Shown here piece by piece: positions 48,807-60,199 of a DNA stretch of 64,000 bases (positions within the stretch are counted from its first letter, which is position 1; the number at the start of each line of letters is the position of its first letter). Below the pieces are notes generated by a model. That model made no database searches, was not told where the DNA came from, and saw nothing but the letters and a program-made list of their open reading frames with translations. The DNA is from a virus. The stretch is from the IMG/VR virus record IMGVR_UViG_3300030019_000008. The stretch is one strand, 5' to 3'. The translations under genes and the position numbers were made by a program.

Positions 48807-49600
48807 CCCTACCCCACCACACCACTTCAACAGCACTCTCGGATTGAAGTCAGGTCGGCTACCCGACATTCTCACCGGCAATGTTGTCATTCCGACATTC
48901 ACTACTTGTAGTGCAGGCTTTTAGCATCTACCAATGCGCTCTCTCAGAGAGTATTAAGTGCACCTGCTCACTATCCCAGACTCAGGCACTGGGATATTCC
49001 CGTACTCTGGATGTCTAGACACCCAACTGTCCCACTACGACTTTAAAGTAAGCCTGAGAGAACAAGAGTGGGATTCTTAGATCTCTCAATGTGGTGCCGA
49101 ACCATGGCTATTACTATCTCGACCCCCAGTGCAATCCATTTACCAAATGCCACTGACCAGATGTTAGTCAGTACCACGTCGATGCGGTAGTGGGATTGCT
49201 ATAGGCTCTGTTAGCCTGCCTATCGCCTAAGATATATGCAGCGGCGGTGTCTCTACGCTGGCTTTTAACCAACCTGGAAGTGACGCTGCACCATCATGAG
49301 CGAATCTCGAAGTTATTATCGGATCGATCCTCAAAAAGAAGACCTCACCGGCAATAACCTGCTACTGTTTCTGCCAAAGGCTGATCACAGGTGTAATGCT
49401 AACGGTATAGAGACCGCTGGCCCATTGTTCACTCATCACTCCAATGCTCAGACATCGCGCCCCCAACGGCGCAAGTGCAACATTTCTGGTTTCCCGTATT
49501 GCACCGCATCCTAAGCAATGGCAGTGAGACAGCGCCTGTTAGTGAAAGGACAAAAGCCTAACAGGCGCTTATGAGTGTTCTTCCTTCAATGGATAGCTCC
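48775..49600 (-). ncRNA. candidate large structured non-coding RNA (~800 nt), class unknown
   Basis: no credible ORF in a gene-dense region; more than 12 helices including long-range pairs and a loop pseudoknot; G-U pairs favour the minus strand; promoter-like motif and terminator at ends. Confidence 0.7.
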
Positions 49601-49622
49601 ACCGAATAATTTTTTACTGAGG

Positions 49623-49868
49623 TCAATCGTAATCGATCTCGACACTACATTCTTTCGCGACTTGGGCAAGGGTATTGTCCATGTCCTTAATGCGGTTTCC
49701 TGTCCTGGTAAGATTGCTCTTCACCACCACATCATGCATGCACATCGTTGCATCGATCTCATTGCGTTCTTCGACATAGTTCTTCATCGAGCAAGAGATT
49801 GCTATGACAGTGAGTACACAGAAAGTGAGTGCTGCGATAGTGGTGGCACTGAAACGCTTAGTCGTCAC
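49623..49868 (-). CDS. small membrane/secreted protein
   Basis: 81 aa, N-terminal hydrophobic helix, GGAG RBS. Confidence 0.65.
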   Translation of the reverse strand: MTTKRFSATTIAALTFCVLTVIAISCSMKNYVEERNEIDATMCMHDVVVKSNLTRTGNRIKDMDNTLAQVAKECSVEIDYD

Positions 49869-49947
49869 GGTTTTCTCCGGTCATGACGGTTGAACAAAAA
49901 TTCATGGCAACAGCCTTTATAGCCTTGCTTTAAGTAAAGCCAGAGGA

Positions 49948-49964
49948 GTAATGAGTGTTTGAAA
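49948..49964 (-). promoter_or_regulatory. early-type promoter
   Basis: TTTCAAACACTCATTAC (consensus copy). Confidence 0.78.
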
Positions 49965-49997
49965 TGTTTTAGCCCACAAAATTCACTACCCTGAACG

Positions 49998-50384
49998 TTA
50001 TTTGACGTATGACGAAACACACACCAGCAGCCCCACAGAAATAGCTCCCAGCACCAATACCACATCCATCAGCGTTTTGACGCGATGCTCGAGTTGCTCG
50101 ATCTTCTTATCGGTGGTGGACTTATAGGTAATGAGACTACTACCAGTTGATGCCACTTCATTAGCGATGGCGTGCACCATGCTCGCAGTGTTGAACCTGT
50201 CTGCATCTACAACTTCCTTGACTCCATTCAGATCCCTTCGGAGTTGCTGAAGTGAGATGCCTGCATTAGTGACAACGACATCGACCTCGTGCTTGAGCTT
50301 TGCCAGGTTGTCCGTCATCATCTTCGCATTAACATCGAAGACCTCAGTAGAACCATCAGCAGCATCAATTATTGTTGTGTTCAT
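49998..50384 (-). CDS. coiled-coil protein with C-terminal TM helix
   Basis: 128 aa. Confidence 0.7.
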   Translation of the reverse strand: MNTTIIDAADGSTEVFDVNAKMMTDNLAKLKHEVDVVVTNAGISLQQLRRDLNGVKEVVDADRFNTASMVHAIANEVASTGSSLITYKSTTDKKIEQLEHRVKTLMDVVLVLGAISVGLLVCVSSYVK

Positions 50385-50418
50385 AACTTCTAAACTCCAA
50401 AAAAAGAAAATGGATGGG

Positions 50419-50456
50419 ATATAGACTACTGCACATACGAGTGCAGTAGTCTATAT
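50419..50456 (-). terminator. hairpin terminator
   Basis: 16-bp perfect stem. Confidence 0.7.
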
Positions 50457-50458
50457 TT

Positions 50459-50809
50459 TTAGATCTCTTTGACTTCCAACTTACAAAACTCCAGAGGCAT
50501 CACAATCTTCATCCGAGTATCCGGAGTGAATTCCACCTGCCAGAGAAGCTCTTCCGTATCCTTGTCGATAGTACGCAAGAACGAGCTATGAAGATTCTCG
50601 TTCGTAACATCGACCTCCATCCGGAAACGATTGAAGTTCAGATGACGCTGAACAAACTTGATCGCACTTTCCAGAGTGGAGATCTCCCGGCTGACCAGGG
50701 CATTACGATACGCCACCAGGTCTTCAGGCCCCATCATGAACGTCAAAGGAGCAGCACTGGTAATGACGTCAGCACTGCCGTCTATTGGATAATTCACATA
50801 GGGGGACAT
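50459..50809 (-). CDS. hypothetical protein
   Basis: 116 aa, AGGAGG RBS. Confidence 0.75.
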   Translation of the reverse strand: MSPYVNYPIDGSADVITSAAPLTFMMGPEDLVAYRNALVSREISTLESAIKFVQRHLNFNRFRMEVDVTNENLHSSFLRTIDKDTEELLWQVEFTPDTRMKIVMPLEFCKLEVKEI

Positions 50810-50811
50810 GA

Positions 50812-51009
50812 TTACCTCCTGGGGAAAGGAACGCTATCGTAAGCCTTTCCATTCCCATTCAAGTAGGCATAGTCTTTGTTGTCACACAGCGGTCGAAACC
50901 GATGAATGGACATCTTGTCGATCATGGCTTGGGACAGATCGCTGACAGCCAGAGTGGTTTGACCAGTCAGGAACTTGGATGGATTGGCGTTGAATTTGTG
51001 TTCAGGCAT
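50812..51009 (-). CDS. small hypothetical protein
   Basis: ~65 aa, coupled to downstream gene. Confidence 0.5.
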   Translation of the reverse strand: MPEHKFNANPSKFLTGQTTLAVSDLSQAMIDKMSIHRFRPLCDNKDYAYLNGNGKAYDSVPFPRR

Positions 51010-51141
51010 TTTCAATTTTGTGCTTCGTGAGTTAATCGGGATGTGAGTGGAGGAATCGCATACGATTTATCATGTCCATTTAAAAATGGATCTTAACTAC
51101 TGCCACAGCAAACCAAATGTCTGCTGTGGCTTTGGGACTAC

Positions 51142-52023
51142 TTACTTGGCGCGAGCGTTCTTCTTACACTCAGCAGCAACCTGCAGAGCGAGGCTATTGG
51201 TAATGTCGGAAATAAACCCGAAAATACCCGAGATAGAATCTCTAGACTTCTTATATCTCGGGTGATCGAAGTCGGCGCGTTCATTTTGCAGAACAGACAA
51301 TTGAGCAGCCCACTCTTTTATCCGAGCACTCACATTCTCACTATCCTGCACTGCCTTGGTAAAGAGATTGATGGCATAGACTACTGAAGCCACAAATTCG
51401 GGAGAATTAGGAGCTACGTCACGATAATAGTTTTCATGCTTGTCGGCCAGCTTATACCACTCCCTCAGCAAAACTCCCTTGAATGCTCGGCACTTGTTTA
51501 TACCGCTATGAGAAAGACCGACATGATAAATAGAGTCCCAAACATCTTTCTTAGAATTACCTGTGAAGGGGAGCTTAGCGACCAGAGTGCCACCGCCCTT
51601 ACCGATCTTGGAATGGCGTATTCCAGACGCCACACCAGTATGAACGTAGATCCGAGGGTTAGGGTCAGGATTCCGCAGAAGTTTCTCTCCAGTCGCATAC
51701 TCGATTTTGAGTAAGCTATAGCAGTGGACTTGCTTTCCAAATACATCACAGTATCGCGAACTGCTCATTCCATACCACGAGCCCACGATACGAATGGCTT
51801 TCCGTATCACAGAAGCCTTGATCCCGTTGCCACTTCTCACTTTTTTAAGAACAGCCAAAGCCTCGGGTTCAATATTATTGAGAATCTGGTCAATGTTGGT
51901 ACTTGCAATAATGGAGGCCCACTTGTCTGAGATGTCGACAGTGAAATTCCTTCCAGTCTCAATGACTACATCTGCCATCGGTTTGTAACCAAAACCAGCA
52001 TCTACTACAATACGCTTACTCAT
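51142..52023 (-). CDS. hypothetical basic early protein
   Basis: 293 aa, AAGGA RBS, early promoter upstream. Confidence 0.75.
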   Translation of the reverse strand: MSKRIVVDAGFGYKPMADVVIETGRNFTVDISDKWASIIASTNIDQILNNIEPEALAVLKKVRSGNGIKASVIRKAIRIVGSWYGMSSSRYCDVFGKQVHCYSLLKIEYATGEKLLRNPDPNPRIYVHTGVASGIRHSKIGKGGGTLVAKLPFTGNSKKDVWDSIYHVGLSHSGINKCRAFKGVLLREWYKLADKHENYYRDVAPNSPEFVASVVYAINLFTKAVQDSENVSARIKEWAAQLSVLQNERADFDHPRYKKSRDSISGIFGFISDITNSLALQVAAECKKNARAK

Positions 52024-52072
52024 TTCTATGTTCCTTTGTTAAAAGGTCCGAGACTAAAACAGTCTCACAAGA

Positions 52073-52089
52073 GTAATAAGTGATTGTAG
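52073..52089 (-). promoter_or_regulatory. early-type promoter
   Basis: CTACAATCACTTATTAC variant. Confidence 0.55.
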
Positions 52090-52100
52090 AAATCTACAGC

Positions 52101-52157
52101 AAAAAAAATGCGGCATAGGACGTATCTAGCTAGAGGGAAATCCCTCTAGCTAGATAC
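52101..52157 (-). terminator. terminator
   Basis: 17-bp perfect stem, then TATGCCG and T-run. Confidence 0.75.
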
Positions 52158-52179
52158 TATCGACTATTGTCCGAGTCGC

Positions 52180-52572
52180 TTAGCGGTTCGGCGGCGGAGC
52201 AGATTGGTCGGTCGTGGGAGCGCCGGCCTTCAGCGAAGTGGCGATCGACAGATCTTCACCGGCTTCAACCATGATGTCGTCGGTGTCGGCGGCGGTCTCG
52301 CCATCTTCTTCCTGCGCACCCTGCGCAGGCCAGTCATCCGGCACCTTGTTGAGTTCGCGCGGGTCTTTGCCCGGATAGCCGGTCAGCAGGGGGAGCCAGT
52401 TGCCGGACTGGACCGCGTAATCGCGGGCCTGGGTGAGGGCGGCGAAGTGGGCCTTGACGTTCTCGGCGACGCCGTCGAGCTGGCCGCGGATGCGGGCATT
52501 CAGGGCTTCGGTGATTTCGGCGGGGAACAGGCCAGCGGGAACTTCAGCAACTTCCGGGATTTCGATGATCAT
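52180..52572 (-). CDS. highly expressed acidic hypothetical protein
   Basis: 130 aa, strongly GC3-biased, GGAG RBS. Confidence 0.8.
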   Translation of the reverse strand: MIIEIPEVAEVPAGLFPAEITEALNARIRGQLDGVAENVKAHFAALTQARDYAVQSGNWLPLLTGYPGKDPRELNKVPDDWPAQGAQEEDGETAADTDDIMVEAGEDLSIATSLKAGAPTTDQSAPPPNR

Positions 52573-52649
52573 GTGTAACTCCAGTTGTTAATTGGTTTTG
52601 TGATGTGGCGTGCTACTCTGCACATAAGTTCTATGCGAATGATATTTTC

Positions 52650-52901
52650 TTACTTGCCCTTAATGAGTTCGGTCAGTTTCACTACTTTTACATTGCGAGC
52701 TACGTACGTTATGCATTCACAGTTAATGCAAGGCTTGGTCATATATCCGCGCACATCGTTACGAGCAAACGAAGGTCTCGCATACCAGTAACTGACAACG
52801 TGACCACATGAGTGCATGACTGAGAGAGTGGACCCAAATACTTCTTCAGATCCAGAGATCTCATACGGGTGGTCTTTATCAACCACTGGGCAACCCCACA
52901 T
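52650..52901 (-). CDS. small hypothetical protein
   Basis: 83 aa, overlaps upstream gene end. Confidence 0.45.
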   Translation of the reverse strand: MWGCPVVDKDHPYEISGSEEVFGSTLSVMHSCGHVVSYWYARPSFARNDVRGYMTKPCINCECITYVARNVKVVKLTELIKGK

Positions 52902-53100
52902 ACAGACCCTGGCTGTCGATGCAGGCCTTCAGAGAGCGAAGCTGCGGATGGGACATGGTAATCACATTCAGTCCTGTATCCGTAAATTCCACCTCGAGCG
53001 TGGCATAGAAAGCACTGTTGTCTTTTGCCACCACCTGACACCACACTTCCTTATCAGGATCGAGCTGATCCAGCAATTCCTTTATTTGAGCAGGTTTCAT
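52879..53100 (-). CDS. small hypothetical protein
   Basis: 73 aa, AGGA RBS. Confidence 0.65.
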   Translation of the reverse strand: MKPAQIKELLDQLDPDKEVWCQVVAKDNSAFYATLEVEFTDTGLNVITMSHPQLRSLKACIDSQGLYVGLPSG

Positions 53101-53112
53101 TTCTGATTCCTA

Positions 53113-55891
<2,779 letters not shown>

Positions 55892-55907
55892 CTATGTAAA
55901 TTGGTCT

Positions 55908-56558
55908 CTAGACAACTACGACGAAATCCTTCGACTTGTGCCAGAGCACATCTGACACGATCGCCGCGAGTGCTTCATTGTTGGGATAGTCGCCCACGTT
56001 TTCCTTCCAGGTGTCGGCGATGACATTGACGGAATTGGCACGCTTGAAGAATTCTTCGACTGTGATGACGCCACGCCTCCAGTCGGACCCTCGTGTACTG
56101 ACATCGTTGGCAGCTCGTTCACCATCCACGAACGTCAGCGAATTGAGCATCATGACATAACCGCCGCCTTCACAAACTACGACGTCAAACTGCCAGTCAA
56201 CCGGATCTTCAGAGATCACTGCATTCCCAACAGAACAGACGAGTGTATAGCGCACCACGCTTTTGACGGAGCTGAATCTGGGATACCCGAGAACAACTGC
56301 CATCTGATAACAGGCTTTTTGCTGATCGCTATTGCCGATGGTGGTTGAGTCATCTCCCATCAGTTTGAATGATATCCCTCCCGCATTCACGATTCCGGCA
56401 GTAGGACCATCACCAGAGAGGGTGAAGATGAAGTCATCGAGGAGCTTGTTCAGTTCATTGTCAATGATTGCGCTATCCTCGAGAATCTGATAACCGTTCT
56501 TCATCTGCTCACCTTCAGTAGGAACAAACTGAGAAAACACACGAGCAATTTTGTTCAT
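55908..56558 (-). CDS. hypothetical protein
   Basis: 216 aa. Confidence 0.7.
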   Translation of the reverse strand: MNKIARVFSQFVPTEGEQMKNGYQILEDSAIIDNELNKLLDDFIFTLSGDGPTAGIVNAGGISFKLMGDDSTTIGNSDQQKACYQMAVVLGYPRFSSVKSVVRYTLVCSVGNAVISEDPVDWQFDVVVCEGGGYVMMLNSLTFVDGERAANDVSTRGSDWRRGVITVEEFFKRANSVNVIADTWKENVGDYPNNEALAAIVSDVLWHKSKDFVVVV

Positions 56559-56562
56559 CGTT

Positions 56563-57369
56563 TCACTTTTCTCCGCTTTTCAGTACCAGCTTCTTGGTTC
56601 TCTTTTTGGGTTTGGGATCAACTTCTTTGATTTTTGGATTACCGCACCGTTGCAAAGTCTCGCCGTGCTTGTAGCGTTTATAGATGTCAATCTTCTCGCG
56701 AGTCTCACAAGGCGTACAGCCGCCGCATGGGACGATCTTCCCATCCTTCTCATGAGGAGTCTCACACGTCCAGGTCAGATCCACTAGTTCTTTGGGCATG
56801 CTCTCCAAGATAAGCTCTTTGCTGACTGCACACATATCGAAGTGTAGAGGGGCTATCTCATCCGACATCTTGAGAATCCTGAACAGACTCTTCCATGCAT
56901 CTTGCAAAATGGGGAGGTAGGGAAGAACACAGTCACCGCTCACATATCCGATATGGAACGAATCATTCTTGGCTGGATCGAATGCGTAAAGTCCTGCCAT
57001 CAGATGAAACAGCACCTGAGAAAATGAGATCTTGTTGTAGGCCTCCCCCAGGACGAAGACCGTTTGCCCAAAATTGGTGTTCTTAGCGACAGACATGCCG
57101 GTGGAATGATCCACCACGCTGATGTTACGAATCTTGAATGGCGAAGTCTTGGAGAGGTACTCAATCACTGCTTCACGTGCCGCAGCTTCTGCTTTCATCT
57201 TCAAATCACCCAAATTTTTATCACTGGTATGATAGACGATGTCGACGTTGGTGACATTGAGCAGACACCACAGGTAATACGTGGAGTCCAACCCACCCGA
57301 AAAGAGCAGTAGAGGAACCTTCTCGTCTCTGACCTTATTGTAATCGTATCTCGAAAAATTGGGTATCAC
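56563..57369 (-). CDS. QueC-like PP-loop ATPase (7-cyano-7-deazaguanine synthase family)
   Basis: LFSGGLDS PP-loop; TWTCE...PCGGCTPC Zn site. Confidence 0.85.
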   Translation of the reverse strand: MIPNFSRYDYNKVRDEKVPLLLFSGGLDSTYYLWCLLNVTNVDIVYHTSDKNLGDLKMKAEAAAREAVIEYLSKTSPFKIRNISVVDHSTGMSVAKNTNFGQTVFVLGEAYNKISFSQVLFHLMAGLYAFDPAKNDSFHIGYVSGDCVLPYLPILQDAWKSLFRILKMSDEIAPLHFDMCAVSKELILESMPKELVDLTWTCETPHEKDGKIVPCGGCTPCETREKIDIYKRYKHGETLQRCGNPKIKEVDPKPKKRTKKLVLKSGEK

Positions 57370-57388
57370 ATTGATTGTCCTATGTAGT

Positions 57389-57424
57389 CATTTACCACCA
57401 TCCTGTTTTGGATGGTGGTAAATG
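57389..57424 (-). terminator. hairpin
   Basis: 15-bp perfect stem. Confidence 0.65.
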
Positions 57425-57435
57425 CACGTGTGTTA

Positions 57436-58683
57436 TTAGAAGTTCATCGTCGCAAGCAGACTGTTGCCATTCCTGACGACCTTATTCCAGCCACAGGCGT
57501 AGAGCATAACCGCCACAGCCTGAACAACTACGTTATGCCGGTGGGCGCTTGACGTGCAAAAGCCCGTCCAAGTTACAGCCCTATCAAAGCATTCTGCGAT
57601 GCCCTTTGGCACAAAGGGATTATCTTCGCTAGCTCTGATGCGCGCTATTGCCGATTCGTATATGCTCGAAACACTATCGAAGCACAAGTAAACGCTGGGG
57701 TCGTTTTTGGAGGCAGCGCCCGGATCAGGAATGCAGTCGGCGAAGATCAAATTCGGGACAGATCCGTGATTATCTTTCAAAGTCCTGGAACTTATGATCA
57801 AACGTCCACGTTCCGCTATAAGCGAGTGACTGTACAGATCTTCGGAAACATCGTCCTTGATATAAAACGCTGAACGGTAAAGCATGCCCTCACGGATGTG
57901 CCCAGTCGGGTTCTGCGTTTTCTGTATCAGCCTTAGCATGAGGTTGCCAATAGTGTCGTAATAACCGAGCTTGTAGACTGCATACCTCTCATCACACGTT
58001 TGTTTCCTGGGAGGGCGAGAACCAGGGACGCACCGGCTTTCAAGACTGTCGAATATATTGACCAGCGTCAAAACACTATCTGCAAGACTGCAGATCTTTT
58101 CGGCAATATCGCCAACGGGCGTTCCACCGACCCGTTTGAATGCGATGAAAAACCCACTCGCGTCGATAACCGGATTATCCTGCGAATACTGTTCAACATT
58201 AGACATGTTCATAACAGGAACTTCCATTATGCCGTCCATATTTGTTTCCTTGAAGGCGTGTTTGATGGCCTGCTCCACACCAAAGATGACAGATGTGGGC
58301 TTATTCATACCCCGAAAGTCGATGCTCTGGATATCGCAAGCAACGGAGGCAGCATCAGCAATGATTTTTCCAGCCAGTACTACGGCTGCTTCAAGGATTG
58401 TCTGGTCAGGCTCCTCGGACTTTTCTTTGGTATCTTCCGCTTCAGTGGGCTTCTTCGAGTCGGATTGGGCTTCAGCATCCATTCTCGTCCTGAGGCCGGG
58501 CTTGCGGGTAGAGCGGTTCGCTGATTGCTTCGACTTCGGGACACTCTTCACTTCATCGATAACAACCGTCTTCACGATCTCTTCTTTCTTAGCGACAGGC
58601 TTACGAATGCGCTGAGGGCGATCCTTCCCATCCTTAACAGGCTGGAAGTTTTCATCAGTGATACCAGTGCCGATCTTAAACAT
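57436..58683 (-). CDS. hypothetical protein, paralog family C, with charged disordered N-terminus
   Basis: 415 aa; C-terminus similar to 58747..59649. Confidence 0.75.
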   Translation of the reverse strand: MFKIGTGITDENFQPVKDGKDRPQRIRKPVAKKEEIVKTVVIDEVKSVPKSKQSANRSTRKPGLRTRMDAEAQSDSKKPTEAEDTKEKSEEPDQTILEAAVVLAGKIIADAASVACDIQSIDFRGMNKPTSVIFGVEQAIKHAFKETNMDGIMEVPVMNMSNVEQYSQDNPVIDASGFFIAFKRVGGTPVGDIAEKICSLADSVLTLVNIFDSLESRCVPGSRPPRKQTCDERYAVYKLGYYDTIGNLMLRLIQKTQNPTGHIREGMLYRSAFYIKDDVSEDLYSHSLIAERGRLIISSRTLKDNHGSVPNLIFADCIPDPGAASKNDPSVYLCFDSVSSIYESAIARIRASEDNPFVPKGIAECFDRAVTWTGFCTSSAHRHNVVVQAVAVMLYACGWNKVVRNGNSLLATMNF

Positions 58684-58746
58684 TTTCAGTTTCCTTTTCT
58701 GCTATTTGTTTTTGAGGTTAACAACTGTGAGACAACGAAAGATCAA

Positions 58747-59649
58747 TTAGTCGAAATTCTTCTCTTCAGAAATAAGAATCAAACTCTTTCCCACCATGAT
58801 GACTTTATCCCATCCAATGGAGTATGCCATTGCAGCCACTATCTCGGATGTGCGTTTGCATGAAGTCTCATTACGCATCACACTACGACCACCACCGATC
58901 TGTATAGATAACTTCATACCGCAGTCTGCCATGGCAGAAAGAGGAAATGTAGTCAGCTTCTCGATGAATTCATCATAAATGCGATGCACCTCATGCATGC
59001 TCAGACACACTGCCGGCGTATTGACAGATACATCGTAGACGCTGGGAAGCAGTTTCCCATAGAAGGTTTCAGGCACCTGAACCGCCTCACCTTCTGTCAT
59101 CTGCGGATAGATGTAGAGCATGCCTTGAACTGGCACGCAGTGACTGCCAAACACACAGCTGCCCTGAGGTTCTTGCAGGTAGTACACCCCTCCTTCCAAT
59201 GAGAGGGAGGGGATGAAGCAGTCTTGTGTATTCCTGGACAGCTTTATCAGGATGTTCTTCATCAGCAGTTCAGCTGGTCCTGCACCCAGAGCAACATGAT
59301 AGTTGTCCAGATTGATACCAGCGCTCTCACATTGTTCCAACAACTCACACACTTTACCGATTGTTGGAACTTGAGATCCCAATCCACCAATGTTGTACCT
59401 GGCTCTCTGAAAGAACTTCATGAAGTTCAGGTACTTCCCGAAAGGCCAAATCCGATGCACGCCCTTGATCTGGGTTATGGCGAACATCTGATTGATGGTG
59501 TTGTTAGTTGCATTCCTCAGTGCGTTTGCCTCCTCAGTACCTTGAGAAGGGTTGGTATGGATCAGATCAACAGTACGAACATAAGCCAGAGCTTCTTCAA
59601 TGGCTTCATTGAGATCACACATGAGTTGATTGTTGGTATTGTCAGTCAT
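58747..59649 (-). CDS. hypothetical early protein, paralog family C
   Basis: 300 aa; early promoter upstream. Confidence 0.75.
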   Translation of the reverse strand: MTDNTNNQLMCDLNEAIEEALAYVRTVDLIHTNPSQGTEEANALRNATNNTINQMFAITQIKGVHRIWPFGKYLNFMKFFQRARYNIGGLGSQVPTIGKVCELLEQCESAGINLDNYHVALGAGPAELLMKNILIKLSRNTQDCFIPSLSLEGGVYYLQEPQGSCVFGSHCVPVQGMLYIYPQMTEGEAVQVPETFYGKLLPSVYDVSVNTPAVCLSMHEVHRIYDEFIEKLTTFPLSAMADCGMKLSIQIGGGRSVMRNETSCKRTSEIVAAMAYSIGWDKVIMVGKSLILISEEKNFD

Positions 59650-59697
59650 CTATCTTCTTTCATGAAATAAAACATGTATTGAAACCAAGTCGTAATG

Positions 59698-59714
59698 GTA
59701 ATGTATGTTTGAAA
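59698..59714 (-). promoter_or_regulatory. early-type promoter
   Basis: TTTCAAACATACATTAC. Confidence 0.72.
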
Positions 59715-59970
59715 TACTTTTGAGTATAGTAGTATTTTTTTACTTGAGTATAACTATCTTCTGCATCGAATACTACTAGCACTGTTTACTCTTATGTAAG
59801 CTAGGAAAATGTCGTTGCCTAGGCTAACCCCTCTGTCTCGGTATGTCTCTCTCGAAGCATATATCGAACCGTAGGTGAGATAGGTATGAGCTCTCTTCCC
59901 GTGAGGAACGAACTAATCTTCTTTTGACTCTAAGACGGCATAGATAGCTATTTTGGGGGCGAAGCCCCCT

Positions 59971-59988
59971 GTAGTAGTAGTAGTAGTA
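59971..59988. repeat. (GTA)6 microsatellite next to GGGGC-GAA-GCCCC hairpin
   Basis: gtagtagtagtagtagta in a ~480-bp AT-rich intergenic region. Confidence 0.85.
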
Positions 59989-60199
59989 TTCATAGTATTT
60001 ATTATAAGAATAAAAAAGAGAGAATATACGCAGTAATCAGAAAGTCAGATACCTCCTCTTCCTAATCCAAGGAAGAGAGTAGGAATATCTTGAAACTCAC
60101 CCTGGAACAAAAGAAAAAAGAATGATGAGAAGAAACAGACACTCCCACTACCTCTCCCTAGAAATGGGAGTGAGGTAATGGGGTATATGCCGCTATGGG

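Noticed and set aside
49296-49514. Short ORFs (72 aa plus strand; 48711..48902 minus strand) in the ncRNA region
   Set aside because: No RBS, atypical composition, wrong strand or crossing a terminator
48775-49600. tmRNA, RNase P RNA, tRNA cluster or group I/II intron as the identity of the structured region
   Set aside because: No tRNA-like T-arm and acceptor end, no GAGGAAAGUCC, no P/Q/R/S or domain V, and no interrupted flanking gene
49623-50384. Spanin pair
   Set aside because: TM and coiled-coil features exist, but the lipobox is non-canonical, an early promoter separates the genes and no lysis genes are nearby
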